A stretch of 64,000 nt of DNA from a virus. Made by a program: the position numbers and the translations under genes. Position 1 is the stretch's first letter, and the number at the start of each line of letters is the position of its first letter. Positions 1 through 9,415 of this stretch are shown here, one piece after another. The notes below the pieces were generated by a model, which searched no databases, was not told the origin of the DNA, and worked only from the letters and a program-made list of their open reading frames with translations. Location of the stretch: IMG/VR virus record IMGVR_UViG_3300029922_000003; one strand, written 5' to 3'.

Positions 1-858
1 GTTGATTTTTTTAAACACGAAGCACGCTTCAGGACGAGTTGGTGTATCGTACTTGTTCGGGCTATAATAAATGACACCAGGCAACTCTGTTAGTTGCACC
101 CCATTATTTCGTGCTGCCTCCAGCATCAGCTTTCGGATTCCATGCATATGAGCATGTACCCGAGGTGAAGAATCTCCTTTCATATCTCGCCAAGCCTGAT
201 TACAGTCAATAATCTGATAAGCTTCGCTTTCCATTACGGGATATCCCAACCTTAATGACTTTTGGTATAATTCACTTTGAGTATTCCTCAGGTTTAGTGA
301 GAGAGTAATCATGAATATTCCACCATCAGCCAAAATACTTTGATTCCTGAACAAGATTTCTACTTCTCGCATCTTAGGAATCGCCAGACAACCCATGTAG
401 TCTGCGTAAATTATATCAAACTGTTTTCCCCTTCCATTCAAGATCATATGATCACAATGAAATCGGCCCTGGAGGGCTTTCTTCATTGTTTTCCCATACT
501 CAAGCAATATCAGTTTGTAGTTTGTTCCGTGGCCAGTATCCAATTGGCGTCTTCTTATTTCGGAACGAGCGTGAACATCCTTATCTCTCTCTACACCAAC
601 AAACACAATTATGTTGTTGGGAAAATAAGCAGCAAGCTTCATTTCCCAAATCCATAGGTCTGCTGGCAGGGACAATATGTACGTAATCCTTCCTAGTCGC
701 TCATTACGAGCCATTAGGGACTTTAGGTGCATAAAGTTGTGATCGTCACTATCTCGTTTTTCTTTTCTTCCTATGTCCCAGCGGATAGGCAGTCTTTTCT
801 TACTCTCTATTTCTTCTACTAGAGACTGCTGTCTTCTCTTAGGTTCTATCTTTATCAT
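1..858 (-). CDS. Class I SAM-dependent methyltransferase-like protein, partial (runs off the window; absent from the ORF track)
   Basis: Manual translation from ATG at 858 (ATGA overlap with the macro-domain stop) is open to position 1. It contains IVFVGVERD (motif II-like), FDIIYADY (motif IV-like) and LADGGIFMIT. Confidence 0.6.
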   Translation of the reverse strand, partial: MIKIEPKRRQQSLVEEIESKKRLPIRWDIGRKEKRDSDDHNFMHLKSLMARNERLGRITYILSLPADLWIWEMKLAAYFPNNIIVFVGVERDKDVHARSEIRRRQLDTGHGTNYKLILLEYGKTMKKALQGRFHCDHMILNGRGKQFDIIYADYMGCLAIPKMREVEILFRNQSILADGGIFMITLSLNLRNTQSELYQKSLRLGYPVMESEAYQIIDCNQAWRDMKGDSSPRVHAHMHGIRKLMLEAARNNGVQLTELPGVIYYSPNKYDTPTRPEACFVFKKIN

Positions 859-1412
859 CGTTTCGGGCTTGAGTTTGTCGGCATAATACAAACAATTGCG
901 CCAGGCAAGTGTCTGTCTACAAGGGTATTAATTACAGACCACTCGCCGGCGTTAGCCCCTGACCCCATTTTGTAGGGAAGATAGACAAAACCTCCTGCTT
1001 CAGTCAATGCGGCTAAATAAGCATTACCTGCTAATTGAGCCAAGCATAGTCTAAGTGCTGAGTACTCCAGTACTCGCTGCTGACCCCTGTCAGACATGCA
1101 GAACAGCATGGCGACAAACAAAGAGCTGGTGACTGGCACGAGCAATGTTGTCCCAAGTAGATCTGCTGGGAATGGATGGCCCTTGAGGTAGGACTTGTAA
1201 AGTTCAACTACCTCTGGGTACTTTTGTGTGATTTGAAACGAAAATCCACCATCTAGATTTCCATTAACACTAACGGCATGAAGGATCATGCCTGAACTAA
1301 CTTTGATTATGTCTTGTGTTACTTGCTTCACTTGCGATGGTACGGGGAGGACTCTTGGTGCTAAATATCTGTAGCGAGTTCCAAGAGTTCCTGTCCGTAC
1401 CCCGACTGACAT
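855..1412 (-). CDS. Macro-domain protein (TARG1/DarG/Poa1p-like fold, divergent); true start probably downstream of 1412
   Basis: VTQDII...ILHAVSVNGNLDGGFSFQITQKYP and VYLPYKMGSGANAGEWSVI match the N- and C-terminal macro-domain signatures. Confidence 0.7.
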   Translation of the reverse strand: MSVGVRTGTLGTRYRYLAPRVLPVPSQVKQVTQDIIKVSSGMILHAVSVNGNLDGGFSFQITQKYPEVVELYKSYLKGHPFPADLLGTTLLVPVTSSLFVAMLFCMSDRGQQRVLEYSALRLCLAQLAGNAYLAALTEAGGFVYLPYKMGSGANAGEWSVINTLVDRHLPGAIVCIMPTNSSPKR

Positions 1413-1741
1413 ACCGCATCAATTGGTCTAATCCCTTTGGATAGCCCTTTGGCGATTGCATCGAAGTTCGTCTTTTTGCGAAGTCGTTCGTATATAATAC
1501 GATAGACTTCATTCCAGCGCAGGTTCAAGGTTCTAGCTTTCGATCTAACAACTTTATTGATCCTTGCGCGGACAATTTCAACTTCATCATTCAAGACCTT
1601 TGATGAAGCCCTTTTTACTGGAAATGGGGCTGAAGATGCGTTCAATTCCTCGAACGCACTTACCATGTTCTTTGATGCAGTTCTGAACTGCACCACAGCT
1701 TCTGTAAAATTAAATACTAACTGATTTTTATTATTCTTCAT
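1361..1741 (-). CDS. Hypothetical helical protein, ORF6C/antirepressor C-terminal-like
   Basis: RARINKVVR...WNEVYRIIYERL...IDAV...LLELA pattern; weak resemblance only. Confidence 0.4.
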   Translation of the reverse strand: MKNNKNQLVFNFTEAVVQFRTASKNMVSAFEELNASSAPFPVKRASSKVLNDEVEIVRARINKVVRSKARTLNLRWNEVYRIIYERLRKKTNFDAIAKGLSKGIRPIDAVCQSGYGQELLELATDI

Positions 1742-1801
1742 TTTATGAATACTTTGGGGTTTACTAAAAAATGTATTAACTTAGCGTTGCGCCGCAACAA
1801 G

Positions 1802-2263
1802 TTAAGAAACGTACTGAGCCACGCTTTTTAAGATTCTACTAGAAAACTTAGGCGGCTTAGTGGGATGTAACGCCAATCCCAGGCGGTGAGGGGTCTTTTC
1901 GTACAATCCCTTTGCAATACTTGGACTTATGGAAATGCCAGTGGGGCAGGATACAACCAAATCTGCTTCAGAATTCCAAAAACCACGGTTTAAGAAATTT
2001 GCAATCTGCTGTGCAGTACTATCAGAGAATAGAGTAGCACCAGGATAATCAAAAGGGTCTCCATCAAAACACTCTATGCGCAGAATGTCCTGTAGAGGAA
2101 TCTTATATGACTTTGTAAGGACACGCTCGTCAATCATTGCCGACCTAGCGCTCATCTCATTTGAAGACACCAATACTACCCAGGGGGTTCTCCCCTGGGC
2201 AGCAGCGGCGTCCCGAAGGACTGCATTGAGTCCCATGTAGCAGGATGCTCGGACTGTTTGCAT
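1802..2263 (-). CDS. Protein-tyrosine/dual-specificity phosphatase-like protein with a degenerate P-loop
   Basis: ILRIECFD...F....AQQIANF...LVVSCPTGISISPSIA aligns with phage PTP-like HCxxGxSRS proteins, but the catalytic Arg is Ile. Confidence 0.55.
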   Translation of the reverse strand: MQTVRASCYMGLNAVLRDAAAAQGRTPWVVLVSSNEMSARSAMIDERVLTKSYKIPLQDILRIECFDGDPFDYPGATLFSDSTAQQIANFLNRGFWNSEADLVVSCPTGISISPSIAKGLYEKTPHRLGLALHPTKPPKFSSRILKSVAQYVS

Positions 2264-2271
2264 CTTTGTGA

Positions 2272-3630
2272 TTACAGACTGAAGTCTTCGTCAAAAGTGA
2301 AGTCATTAAATGCCTCAATCAACGCCTCACGGAATTCATCCGAGATGATGCTGGTTGGGATAACGAAGAATTTCTTCGTCAAATCAAGAACCGAAGGGTT
2401 CGACTGATTGTTGGGGAATACAAAGTAATCCCCAGTCGCCCTAATTCCCCAGGTATTTTCCTGGAAGTAAGCAGTAACCGGAATTACATCATCCTCACTA
2501 TTAACTATGTCTGCGATATTTTTCTCCTCATCATCGACCCACTCATCCTGATCGTTATATTGTCCGTCAGGGTACCTATCAGATCTTGGTTTCTTACCAA
2601 TACTGATGGTGATCCCTGTCTTGAATCCAGGAGTCGTCATGTCACTGGTGGTGCCTGTGGAGATTGTGACAGTCTTATCTTCAATAATAGCTTTTCTCAT
2701 TGATTCGAGCACTTCCTCAAATGTTTCAGAATCTCGAACAAGGAAGTCTTTGACATCTAGTTCGAGATTGTGCTCTTTAATGGCCTTGAAGAAAGCAGCA
2801 TCTTTGACGGATGATGTCTCTTCAAGGTGATAGCTGTAGTTTCCCATATCTTTCTTTTCGGTCTTGTATGGTCGGAACAACCCGACAACTAGACACCCTG
2901 GATACTTGGCTTGCAAAGAGTCAACTTCGACAAAGAAGTCATCTTCATTGACATCAACTACATCCTGGGCTGGGACAACTGCCCCAACGAGTGGATTCAG
3001 CTCTGTGGCTGGAACAACTTGTGCGGCAAGTGGATTTGCCGGAATAACTTGTGCTGCTAGCGGATTTGGATTCACTGGTGTTGGTGTTGGAGTTGGTGTT
3101 GGAGTTGGTGTTGGGGTTGGTGCTTGGGTTACCACCCTGTTTTCCTGCCAGTCCAATGACCTTGCGGGGACAATAGGCCCGTTGATGTTTACTTCCTGGA
3201 GGATAGTAGTGGCTTTGGGGACCACCTTCTTTGCGGCCCAATCAAACTCGACTGGCTGGACTGCACCAACGAGACCACTAACAACCGACTCAATTTCCTC
3301 TGAATCAACATATGGTGAAACGAAGTCAGGTGCAACAGTAGAGAAGTCGTACGAACTACTCGCAACAATAGACCCAATCACTGCGTACAGGTTGTTGTTC
3401 CGCAAGATCGACTCAGTCACATTGATGTGCTGTGCCAATAGCCCACTCTCAATAGAAGCGAGTGCAACTGCATCAATACCAGGAAATGCAGCAAGGAACG
3501 TTTTTGTTTTTACATCTTCGATTTCGAGTGGAGTCTGGATCGCAGGGAACTCTCGACCAAGCGAGATATATGCAGACCTTGCCTCTCTAACAAGCTTATC
3601 GATGATAAAAATTTGTATAGATTTTAACAT
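2272..3630 (-). CDS. Hypothetical protein with a (PT)n linker and short NPLAAQV repeats
   Basis: 452-aa ORF, A-rich leader, same orientation as neighbours; function unknown. Confidence 0.75.
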   Translation of the reverse strand: MLKSIQIFIIDKLVREARSAYISLGREFPAIQTPLEIEDVKTKTFLAAFPGIDAVALASIESGLLAQHINVTESILRNNNLYAVIGSIVASSSYDFSTVAPDFVSPYVDSEEIESVVSGLVGAVQPVEFDWAAKKVVPKATTILQEVNINGPIVPARSLDWQENRVVTQAPTPTPTPTPTPTPTPVNPNPLAAQVIPANPLAAQVVPATELNPLVGAVVPAQDVVDVNEDDFFVEVDSLQAKYPGCLVVGLFRPYKTEKKDMGNYSYHLEETSSVKDAAFFKAIKEHNLELDVKDFLVRDSETFEEVLESMRKAIIEDKTVTISTGTTSDMTTPGFKTGITISIGKKPRSDRYPDGQYNDQDEWVDDEEKNIADIVNSEDDVIPVTAYFQENTWGIRATGDYFVFPNNQSNPSVLDLTKKFFVIPTSIISDEFREALIEAFNDFTFDEDFSL

Positions 3631-3670
3631 TTGTTTTTTGTTTTTGTTTAGTTTTTAAAAATCGAAGTAA

Positions 3671-3694
3671 GGACCTACCATCTCTGGTAGGTCC
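3671..3694 (-). terminator. Stem-loop ending the Ubl operon
   Basis: GGACCTACCA-GAGA-TGGTAGGTCC (10-bp perfect stem, GNRA loop) followed by TTACTTCGATTTTT. Confidence 0.55.
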
Positions 3695-3744
3695 ATACAA
3701 CAAGACCGCCCTGATATATGTTATATCAAGATTTCTAAACTATA

Positions 3745-4956
3745 TTATTCTCCGGCATACCCCATCATGATATCTTCCATGGAGGCTCCATTTTCTATCC
3801 CACTAGCAATCCTCCGGCCCTTAATCCATTCCTCAAGATTCAAGATCATGCATGCCTCGGATATATTGTATACCGAGAAGATATTGGTCTGCATATCAAT
3901 GATGACATTCAGCTCAGAGCTAGTAAGATTCCCATCTGCTTTAGATAGAATGTTCTTGAGATTGAGTTGAGTTATCTTGTGCCTTGCCGCGACCTTGTTT
4001 ACCTGTGGTTCTATCAGAGACTGATTAACCGGCATCAGCGCCGACGAAGCAGCTGTCGAACGCCCCGCCCTTTCTCGCTTTTTTTTTGAACTGTTTGACT
4101 TACCCCCACGGTTCCAATAGTCGGATCCTTGATGGTGAGCCCCGGTACCGTGATGGGGCAACCCCATGTACGGATGACGTTGAGCATATGGCACAATCAC
4201 CCTAGGCGTGAGGGCCTTGGGGATGCGGTTCTCAACCCAGCGCTTTACCAGCTCTTGATCAACCAACTCCTCACTGGGAGTATTGATCAAGAAATCAAAG
4301 GCAAAGGTCCTGATCTCTGGTGGAGCATTTTCTGATACGAAACAGTTAGGAACCTCAACGAAGTCGCGAAGATCCGGCTTGGATTGATACACCCTTGCCT
4401 TCACAGCCGTCTCCTTGCCTTCACCATCAAACTCAAGAGATCCAGGCAGAATGACAGTAAACCGAGCATGAAGATCAATCTTCGGCCCAGACACCGTTCC
4501 CATGGTGATATGGATACCAGCTGAGTTATCTTCGTCGGTCTTGTCCGTCCCGCTCTGAAACGCTGTAGCGTTGCAATGACTATGGGCAGTTCCCCACTGA
4601 TGGAAACCACCGGCCAGCATCTCGTTCATGTCAGTCTGGAACCTCTCATGGTCTGGCAACTCCTTGGTCGTCATCCCAGTGTTCATCTCCTGAGGGAAGG
4701 CGTGAGCCTTCCACATCCGAGTTGTTTTGTTGTAAAACAAACGAACCTGAGCTTCGGATTTTTCAGTATCATTTATCTTCTTGAAGAAGAACGCAATGGT
4801 GCGCCACAGAGACAGGGACATCTTCCCAGTCTTGAGTCGTAGCAATGGCTCGCTCTTCAGCTCGGTAAACTCAACAGGAGTATACACAGATATTTCTTCC
4901 GTCAGGCTCCTCAAGTAAAGAGGCTTATTGTTGTGGATATACAGTCTTTCGGACAT
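3745..4956 (-). CDS. JAB/MPN+ metallopeptidase (prokaryotic Ubl-system deconjugase) with a C-terminal extension
   Basis: E(AQV)...GTAHSHCNATAFQSGTDKTDE...GIHITMG is the JAMM motif E-x(n)-HSH-x7-S-x2-D. Confidence 0.87.
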   Translation of the reverse strand: MSERLYIHNNKPLYLRSLTEEISVYTPVEFTELKSEPLLRLKTGKMSLSLWRTIAFFFKKINDTEKSEAQVRLFYNKTTRMWKAHAFPQEMNTGMTTKELPDHERFQTDMNEMLAGGFHQWGTAHSHCNATAFQSGTDKTDEDNSAGIHITMGTVSGPKIDLHARFTVILPGSLEFDGEGKETAVKARVYQSKPDLRDFVEVPNCFVSENAPPEIRTFAFDFLINTPSEELVDQELVKRWVENRIPKALTPRVIVPYAQRHPYMGLPHHGTGAHHQGSDYWNRGGKSNSSKKKRERAGRSTAASSALMPVNQSLIEPQVNKVAARHKITQLNLKNILSKADGNLTSSELNVIIDMQTNIFSVYNISEACMILNLEEWIKGRRIASGIENGASMEDIMMGYAGE

Positions 4957-4963
4957 AGTATTG

Positions 4964-6577
4964 TTATCTTTTGATTATGAGTGACTTTTTATCCAAGACA
5001 AAATCTACTCTCTGAATAGACTCTTCTTGGGGCGACGATGGATCTTCTTCCTCAAACATGCTTCGAGAAAATATTTCCTTTCTTTGTATAAATGCCTCAA
5101 TCAATCCCTTGGATATGTTTGAGGGTTGATTGGCGATAGCCGAAGGAACTTCCACCATTATGGCGGTTTTGATCTTGGCTTTTGATGTCCTCTTGATTGT
5201 GGACACAAAAGTCCCAGAGCACTCAACTTTGACTTTCTTAAATAGACCCTTTGCTGTTTTGGGGTCCATCTGAAGATGAGACAATGTTCTATCGTAGTTG
5301 TCACTACTTGGACGGTAGCAATGAAGTCCAAACCCCCCTAGTATACTTGATATGTTACCTGAACCAAGTTCGACAAACTGGTTATCCCAGTAAAGTGGAA
5401 CCTGATCCTCAGCAGCACGAATAGCTGCTTGCCATATAGACATCATTGTTGAACCACTGTGCAGTGATACACTAATTGATGGGGTTTTGGACACCAGCCT
5501 GTCGGCAAACTCAATGACGTTTTTCATCGTCTTGTGTTCACTTGACTGCAATAGGTTGGTCTTTACGGGACCCAGGATCTCAGAGCCGAACTCGTTACAG
5601 AGCATTTTCATGATCTGTCCTCGTACAGTTCCGTAGGTTGAATCCTTGACACCAACCGACTTGATGCTCTTTTGAGCAACTCGAATAGTGTCACTCTCCA
5701 TCATTTTGGATACTGTTTTATGTACCTCGATCTCCTCACCCGATGTTTGAAACACAACTGCCCTCTCGTTGGATCCACCACTTTTTGTTGCTGCAACCTC
5801 AACAAGACTGAAGTCCATAACACCATCTTTGGTCTTAGATGTCTTAACGCTGCAGGTAGTCCATTTTTGATTGTTCCAAAACCACACCACTGAACCAATA
5901 GGTAGAATAAATAATCCCAAGAGACTTTTATTAACCGTATGTTTTGAGTCGATAAAGATATTACTTATATCGAAATTGGCCATGTTCACGTTGTCCTCAA
6001 TTGTCATAACAGTAGGAGTTGAGGTATCTCCGTCAGCAAGACGAATAAACTCAACCTGAATATTGTTATTGGTCGGGTCAAACAGTGAAGACCGTCCACC
6101 ACCACGAGAGCTCCTGGTACGACGACCAACGCTCAAGAACTTGCCCTTGGGAAGGCTGTAGTTAGACCCGCAAACCGTCTTGCATGCCTTTGTTACCTCA
6201 AATGGAATGAATGGAATATCCGCCATGTATGACAGAATCTTTCCATCAATTACTGGATTGAAGTACCCCATAGGGGTCATGTGACTGAATATCTTTTCGT
6301 ACGCTTCAGGTACGATAGGATATCCACATGCCGTCATGTCAAATGGGACGCAATCTGCACCAGGGTGTCCTTCTAGTAAGAGCGCCCCCGCAAAATTACC
6401 CACAAATATATTTCTCTGTGGATTGAGACCCCATCTAACCAACTGGGCCCTACGATCAGACAACATCGAAGACCGATACGATGTATTTTTGAAGTAGTGA
6501 TATGGAGCTATTGGGAAGAACGGCTTATCCACTTGCTCTTCCGATGCTGGTATTGATTGTTCTGGTGTTTGTTCCAT
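4964..6577 (-). CDS. Hypothetical protein within the Ubl operon
   Basis: 537-aa ORF packed between E1 and JAB with 0-7 nt gaps; no recognised motif. Confidence 0.8.
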   Translation of the reverse strand: MEQTPEQSIPASEEQVDKPFFPIAPYHYFKNTSYRSSMLSDRRAQLVRWGLNPQRNIFVGNFAGALLLEGHPGADCVPFDMTACGYPIVPEAYEKIFSHMTPMGYFNPVIDGKILSYMADIPFIPFEVTKACKTVCGSNYSLPKGKFLSVGRRTRSSRGGGRSSLFDPTNNNIQVEFIRLADGDTSTPTVMTIEDNVNMANFDISNIFIDSKHTVNKSLLGLFILPIGSVVWFWNNQKWTTCSVKTSKTKDGVMDFSLVEVAATKSGGSNERAVVFQTSGEEIEVHKTVSKMMESDTIRVAQKSIKSVGVKDSTYGTVRGQIMKMLCNEFGSEILGPVKTNLLQSSEHKTMKNVIEFADRLVSKTPSISVSLHSGSTMMSIWQAAIRAAEDQVPLYWDNQFVELGSGNISSILGGFGLHCYRPSSDNYDRTLSHLQMDPKTAKGLFKKVKVECSGTFVSTIKRTSKAKIKTAIMVEVPSAIANQPSNISKGLIEAFIQRKEIFSRSMFEEEDPSSPQEESIQRVDFVLDKKSLIIKR

Positions 6578-7291
6578 TTATTCCTTTAGGTCTCCAACCA
6601 TCTTTGTCGCATAGCGCATGTCGGTGTTGCTTATCTCAACCGGCCAGAAGTCGTATGACTGCTCGGGGTCAAGTTCTTTGTACTCAGTGGTCCAGAAGTT
6701 CCACAAGAGTAGTGTGTGTGCTCCGGCAAAGTAATTTGCCAGTGATGTTTGTGGAATCTCTTCCAGGTGCTCTTCGGTATTGCACCCAGCCGCATGGACA
6801 GGTGAACCGCGCTCAGTAGTAAGTATCTCAGGATATCGCACTCGCGGATCCAGAGTAGTCCCCTCCCACTTGTGGTCGTAATAATACGAGCTGGCAGATA
6901 TCCGACCATTGGCTCCAATGAAGCACTTTGCCTCATGACGATCAACAATTGATAGGATGTCTTTTCGAGCCGGATGATTGTCGACAAACGCAATGACAAC
7001 AGAACCATCCTTAATGGGGAATGATCCAGTCACATATTCGGAATGTGTCTTGAGATTGATGTTGGGGTGACTTTCACCAAGAACCGACATCAAGGCCTCT
7101 GCCTTGTTCATTCCCGTCAATCCGCTGGCGAAGAGCTGACGCTCATAATTCCTGTCCTCGATTGTATCGCCATCAACTAGGGTTACTGTTGACCCCTTAA
7201 ACTCCTTGGAGTAATTGAGGGTCTTGAGGAATGCTGGCAAGAAATAGCTGCATACCCCTCCACATCCGATGACGTAGTAGTTCTGTTTCAT
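6578..7291 (-). CDS. ThiF/E1-family ubiquitin-like activating enzyme
   Basis: VIGCGGV nucleotide-binding loop, DGDTIEDRNYERQ, NKAEAL, FVDNHPAR, candidate catalytic Cys in AAGCNT, PQTSLAN. Confidence 0.9.
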   Translation of the reverse strand: MKQNYYVIGCGGVCSYFLPAFLKTLNYSKEFKGSTVTLVDGDTIEDRNYERQLFASGLTGMNKAEALMSVLGESHPNINLKTHSEYVTGSFPIKDGSVVIAFVDNHPARKDILSIVDRHEAKCFIGANGRISASSYYYDHKWEGTTLDPRVRYPEILTTERGSPVHAAGCNTEEHLEEIPQTSLANYFAGAHTLLLWNFWTTEYKELDPEQSYDFWPVEISNTDMRYATKMVGDLKE

Positions 7292-7333
7292 ATTTTGATT
7301 AATTGTTTTTTGGTTGATTTTTGTTTATCTAAG

Positions 7334-7370
7334 AAATGGTCAGTGCCGACTTTTCGGCACTGACCCATTT
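7334..7370 (-). terminator. Strong intergenic stem-loop (attenuator or processing/stability element)
   Basis: GGTCAGTGCCGA-AAAG-TCGGCACTGACC, 12-bp perfect stem, short U run. Confidence 0.5.
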
Positions 7371-7391
7371 AACTTTCAGTTAGTGCGTATA

Positions 7392-8498
7392 CTATTCGTT
7401 TATTGCGCGTACGCGCCTACGAACTGTATTCCGAACTGCCTGCTGCACATCTGGAACATCAGCTACTGGAGCTGGAGTATCACCCACTGCCAGATTGTTA
7501 TCAGCAGTAATGAACAGGTTGTGATCAGTAGGGGTAAACACTATGTGGTCATCTCCCTGATTAACTCCAAAGAATTGATTACCAACAGCTGGTGTATGCC
7601 ACAATCCAGCGGCACCTGCACCATCAGTAACCTGAACCACCGTAGTACCAACAGCTGGTGGTGTAACAATCTGATCCACAGCCTCAGGTGTACGAATTTC
7701 ACCAAATCCTGTAATCGCACCTTCGCCAACAGCTGGAGTTTCATTGGCCATGGTAGCGCGAGGAACTTCTCCCGCCTCTGCTGCCTCTGCTGCCGTGGGA
7801 GCGGGAGGAGGGGTAGTAGGAGCTGCCGTAGGAAGATTCTCAAAGTCAGCTGGATCCATATCGACGAATCCATCTGTAACCTGAGGAGCACCACGATTAG
7901 GTGCAGGTGTTGGCTCAGCTATATCCGCCCAATTTACTTCAGCCCCAATTCCACCAATAATTGGTGCAATGGGAACTTGTTGACGTGGAGTTGTAGGCTG
8001 ATAGGCAGCTGGGGCAACAACTGGAACAACTGCTGGAGTAGCCTGCTGCGCCACTGGAGTATTGAATGCATCAGCTGGGAAAACTCCCGTAAGGGGTTGT
8101 TCCTCCACTCGAACCTCTGGTAGGGCTTGTGGTACAGGAGCCTGTTGTGGCTCCTGCTGTCGAGGCATCTCTGCAATGAATCGCAAAGCCCAAGGAGAAT
8201 CTTCTCCTCTGGAAACCTCTGCTTCCAGCTTTTTAACAACTGCATCGAATATTTGGCACTGGAATTGACCAATCTCAAAGGACTCGGATAGCTCCTTAGA
8301 TATAAAACTTCGGTCCCGCCTATCCGCTTTTTGTTCTGCAGTAAGTGGGAATATTTTCAGCTCCCCTCCATTTTTTTTGAGATAACTAAAGTCGTCAAGA
8401 AGAGACAACATCCTGGACCGACGAGTAGCTCCGAAAATAGTTTCGGAACTGACAGGCAATCCAGGCAACTCCAACATTTCTTGGAATAAGGATTTCAT
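7392..8498 (-). CDS. Pro/Ala-rich protein with a 278-aa lysine-free region (putative scaffold/adaptor in the Ubl operon)
   Basis: 368-aa ORF; last Lys is at residue 90. Confidence 0.75.
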   Translation of the reverse strand: MKSLFQEMLELPGLPVSSETIFGATRRSRMLSLLDDFSYLKKNGGELKIFPLTAEQKADRRDRSFISKELSESFEIGQFQCQIFDAVVKKLEAEVSRGEDSPWALRFIAEMPRQQEPQQAPVPQALPEVRVEEQPLTGVFPADAFNTPVAQQATPAVVPVVAPAAYQPTTPRQQVPIAPIIGGIGAEVNWADIAEPTPAPNRGAPQVTDGFVDMDPADFENLPTAAPTTPPPAPTAAEAAEAGEVPRATMANETPAVGEGAITGFGEIRTPEAVDQIVTPPAVGTTVVQVTDGAGAAGLWHTPAVGNQFFGVNQGDDHIVFTPTDHNLFITADNNLAVGDTPAPVADVPDVQQAVRNTVRRRVRAINE

Positions 8499-8507
8499 GT
8501 ATGTGTA

Positions 8508-9317
8508 TTACCAACCAACTGTGGCGTATGGAAGGCCATCAAGATAGTAGTTTCCAACTTTGACGGTGAGGATTGTTTTGGCGGACTTGATGGGAGCAAC
8601 CTGCTTCTTTTCTCTGTTCCACCCAATTAGCTGGTCTGCCAACTCGATGCGATTTGCACCTTGAGTGATCAGATCCGAATTCATGCGGCTCTCAAAGAAT
8701 GACTTGAGGGTACGCTGGATTTCTTCATCCGAGGTTTTGACAGGATTGGTGTACTTATCAAAGGCACTACCCATGCAAACCCTGGCGTCAGCGAAGACGT
8801 TTGGGATACACGGCAAGAAGTTGCCCATAATTAACCCCGCTTTCACATCAAAAAGTTGGAAGCAGAAATATGCATTGATTTCGTAATTGCCTGACCCCCC
8901 TGGAGTAAGAGAGATAGCAACCAAGAACCGAACCTTGCAATCCGAAGTACTGAGAGATTCCGATGAGCAGTAAATCCTATCCTGGAATGCGTCAGTTGCT
9001 GAGCGAGTAAAATCAGCGATCAATCGAGGGGTTCCACTGTGTTCCACAATCTGGAAGGAGGTATCAAAGACAATCCCAGGAATATATCCCCAGTAGACAG
9101 CTTCGTTCTTCTTCGTAATGGACAGGTGGAATGGCACCCTTTTGTACTGTACGCCTGATGATCCAACTGATTCTGCAACCTCAAAAGTCGTATGCTTTTT
9201 GATGGTTGAGAACGACTGATTTGAGACTCGTTCGATGATCTCACTAACATTTTGTAGAGCGAATGGCTCCATACGGTATGCGACACCGTCTTCGTTAAGG
9301 ATAATAAGAGGTTTCAT
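8508..9317 (-). CDS. Prokaryotic E2-like conjugating enzyme (Prok-E2 family D / PRTRC protein B-like)
   Basis: LPCIPNVFADARVCMGS (PN-x-x-x-x-G/A-x-VC active-site motif) and FFESRMNSDL; lies beside Ubl and E1. Confidence 0.78.
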   Translation of the reverse strand: MKPLIILNEDGVAYRMEPFALQNVSEIIERVSNQSFSTIKKHTTFEVAESVGSSGVQYKRVPFHLSITKKNEAVYWGYIPGIVFDTSFQIVEHSGTPRLIADFTRSATDAFQDRIYCSSESLSTSDCKVRFLVAISLTPGGSGNYEINAYFCFQLFDVKAGLIMGNFLPCIPNVFADARVCMGSAFDKYTNPVKTSDEEIQRTLKSFFESRMNSDLITQGANRIELADQLIGWNREKKQVAPIKSAKTILTVKVGNYYLDGLPYATVGW

Positions 9318-9363
9318 GTGTTTTGAAGAACTTGTGGGATATAAAAAAAATAAATGTCTAAGA

Positions 9364-9399
9364 TATCCCCCAATCTCGGCGCAACGAGATTGGGGGATA
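9364..9399 (-). terminator. 15-bp perfect stem-loop directly downstream of the Ubl gene
   Basis: TATCCCCCAATCTCG-(6 nt)-CGAGATTGGGGGATA, followed on the minus strand by a T-rich tract. Confidence 0.55.
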
Positions 9400-9415
9400 A
9401 AATTAGCCTACGAGA

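Noticed and set aside
2864-3658. 264-aa plus-strand ORF (likewise 7314..8123 and many short antisense ORFs)
   Set aside because: Antisense shadows of low-complexity minus-strand genes; no motifs or start context.
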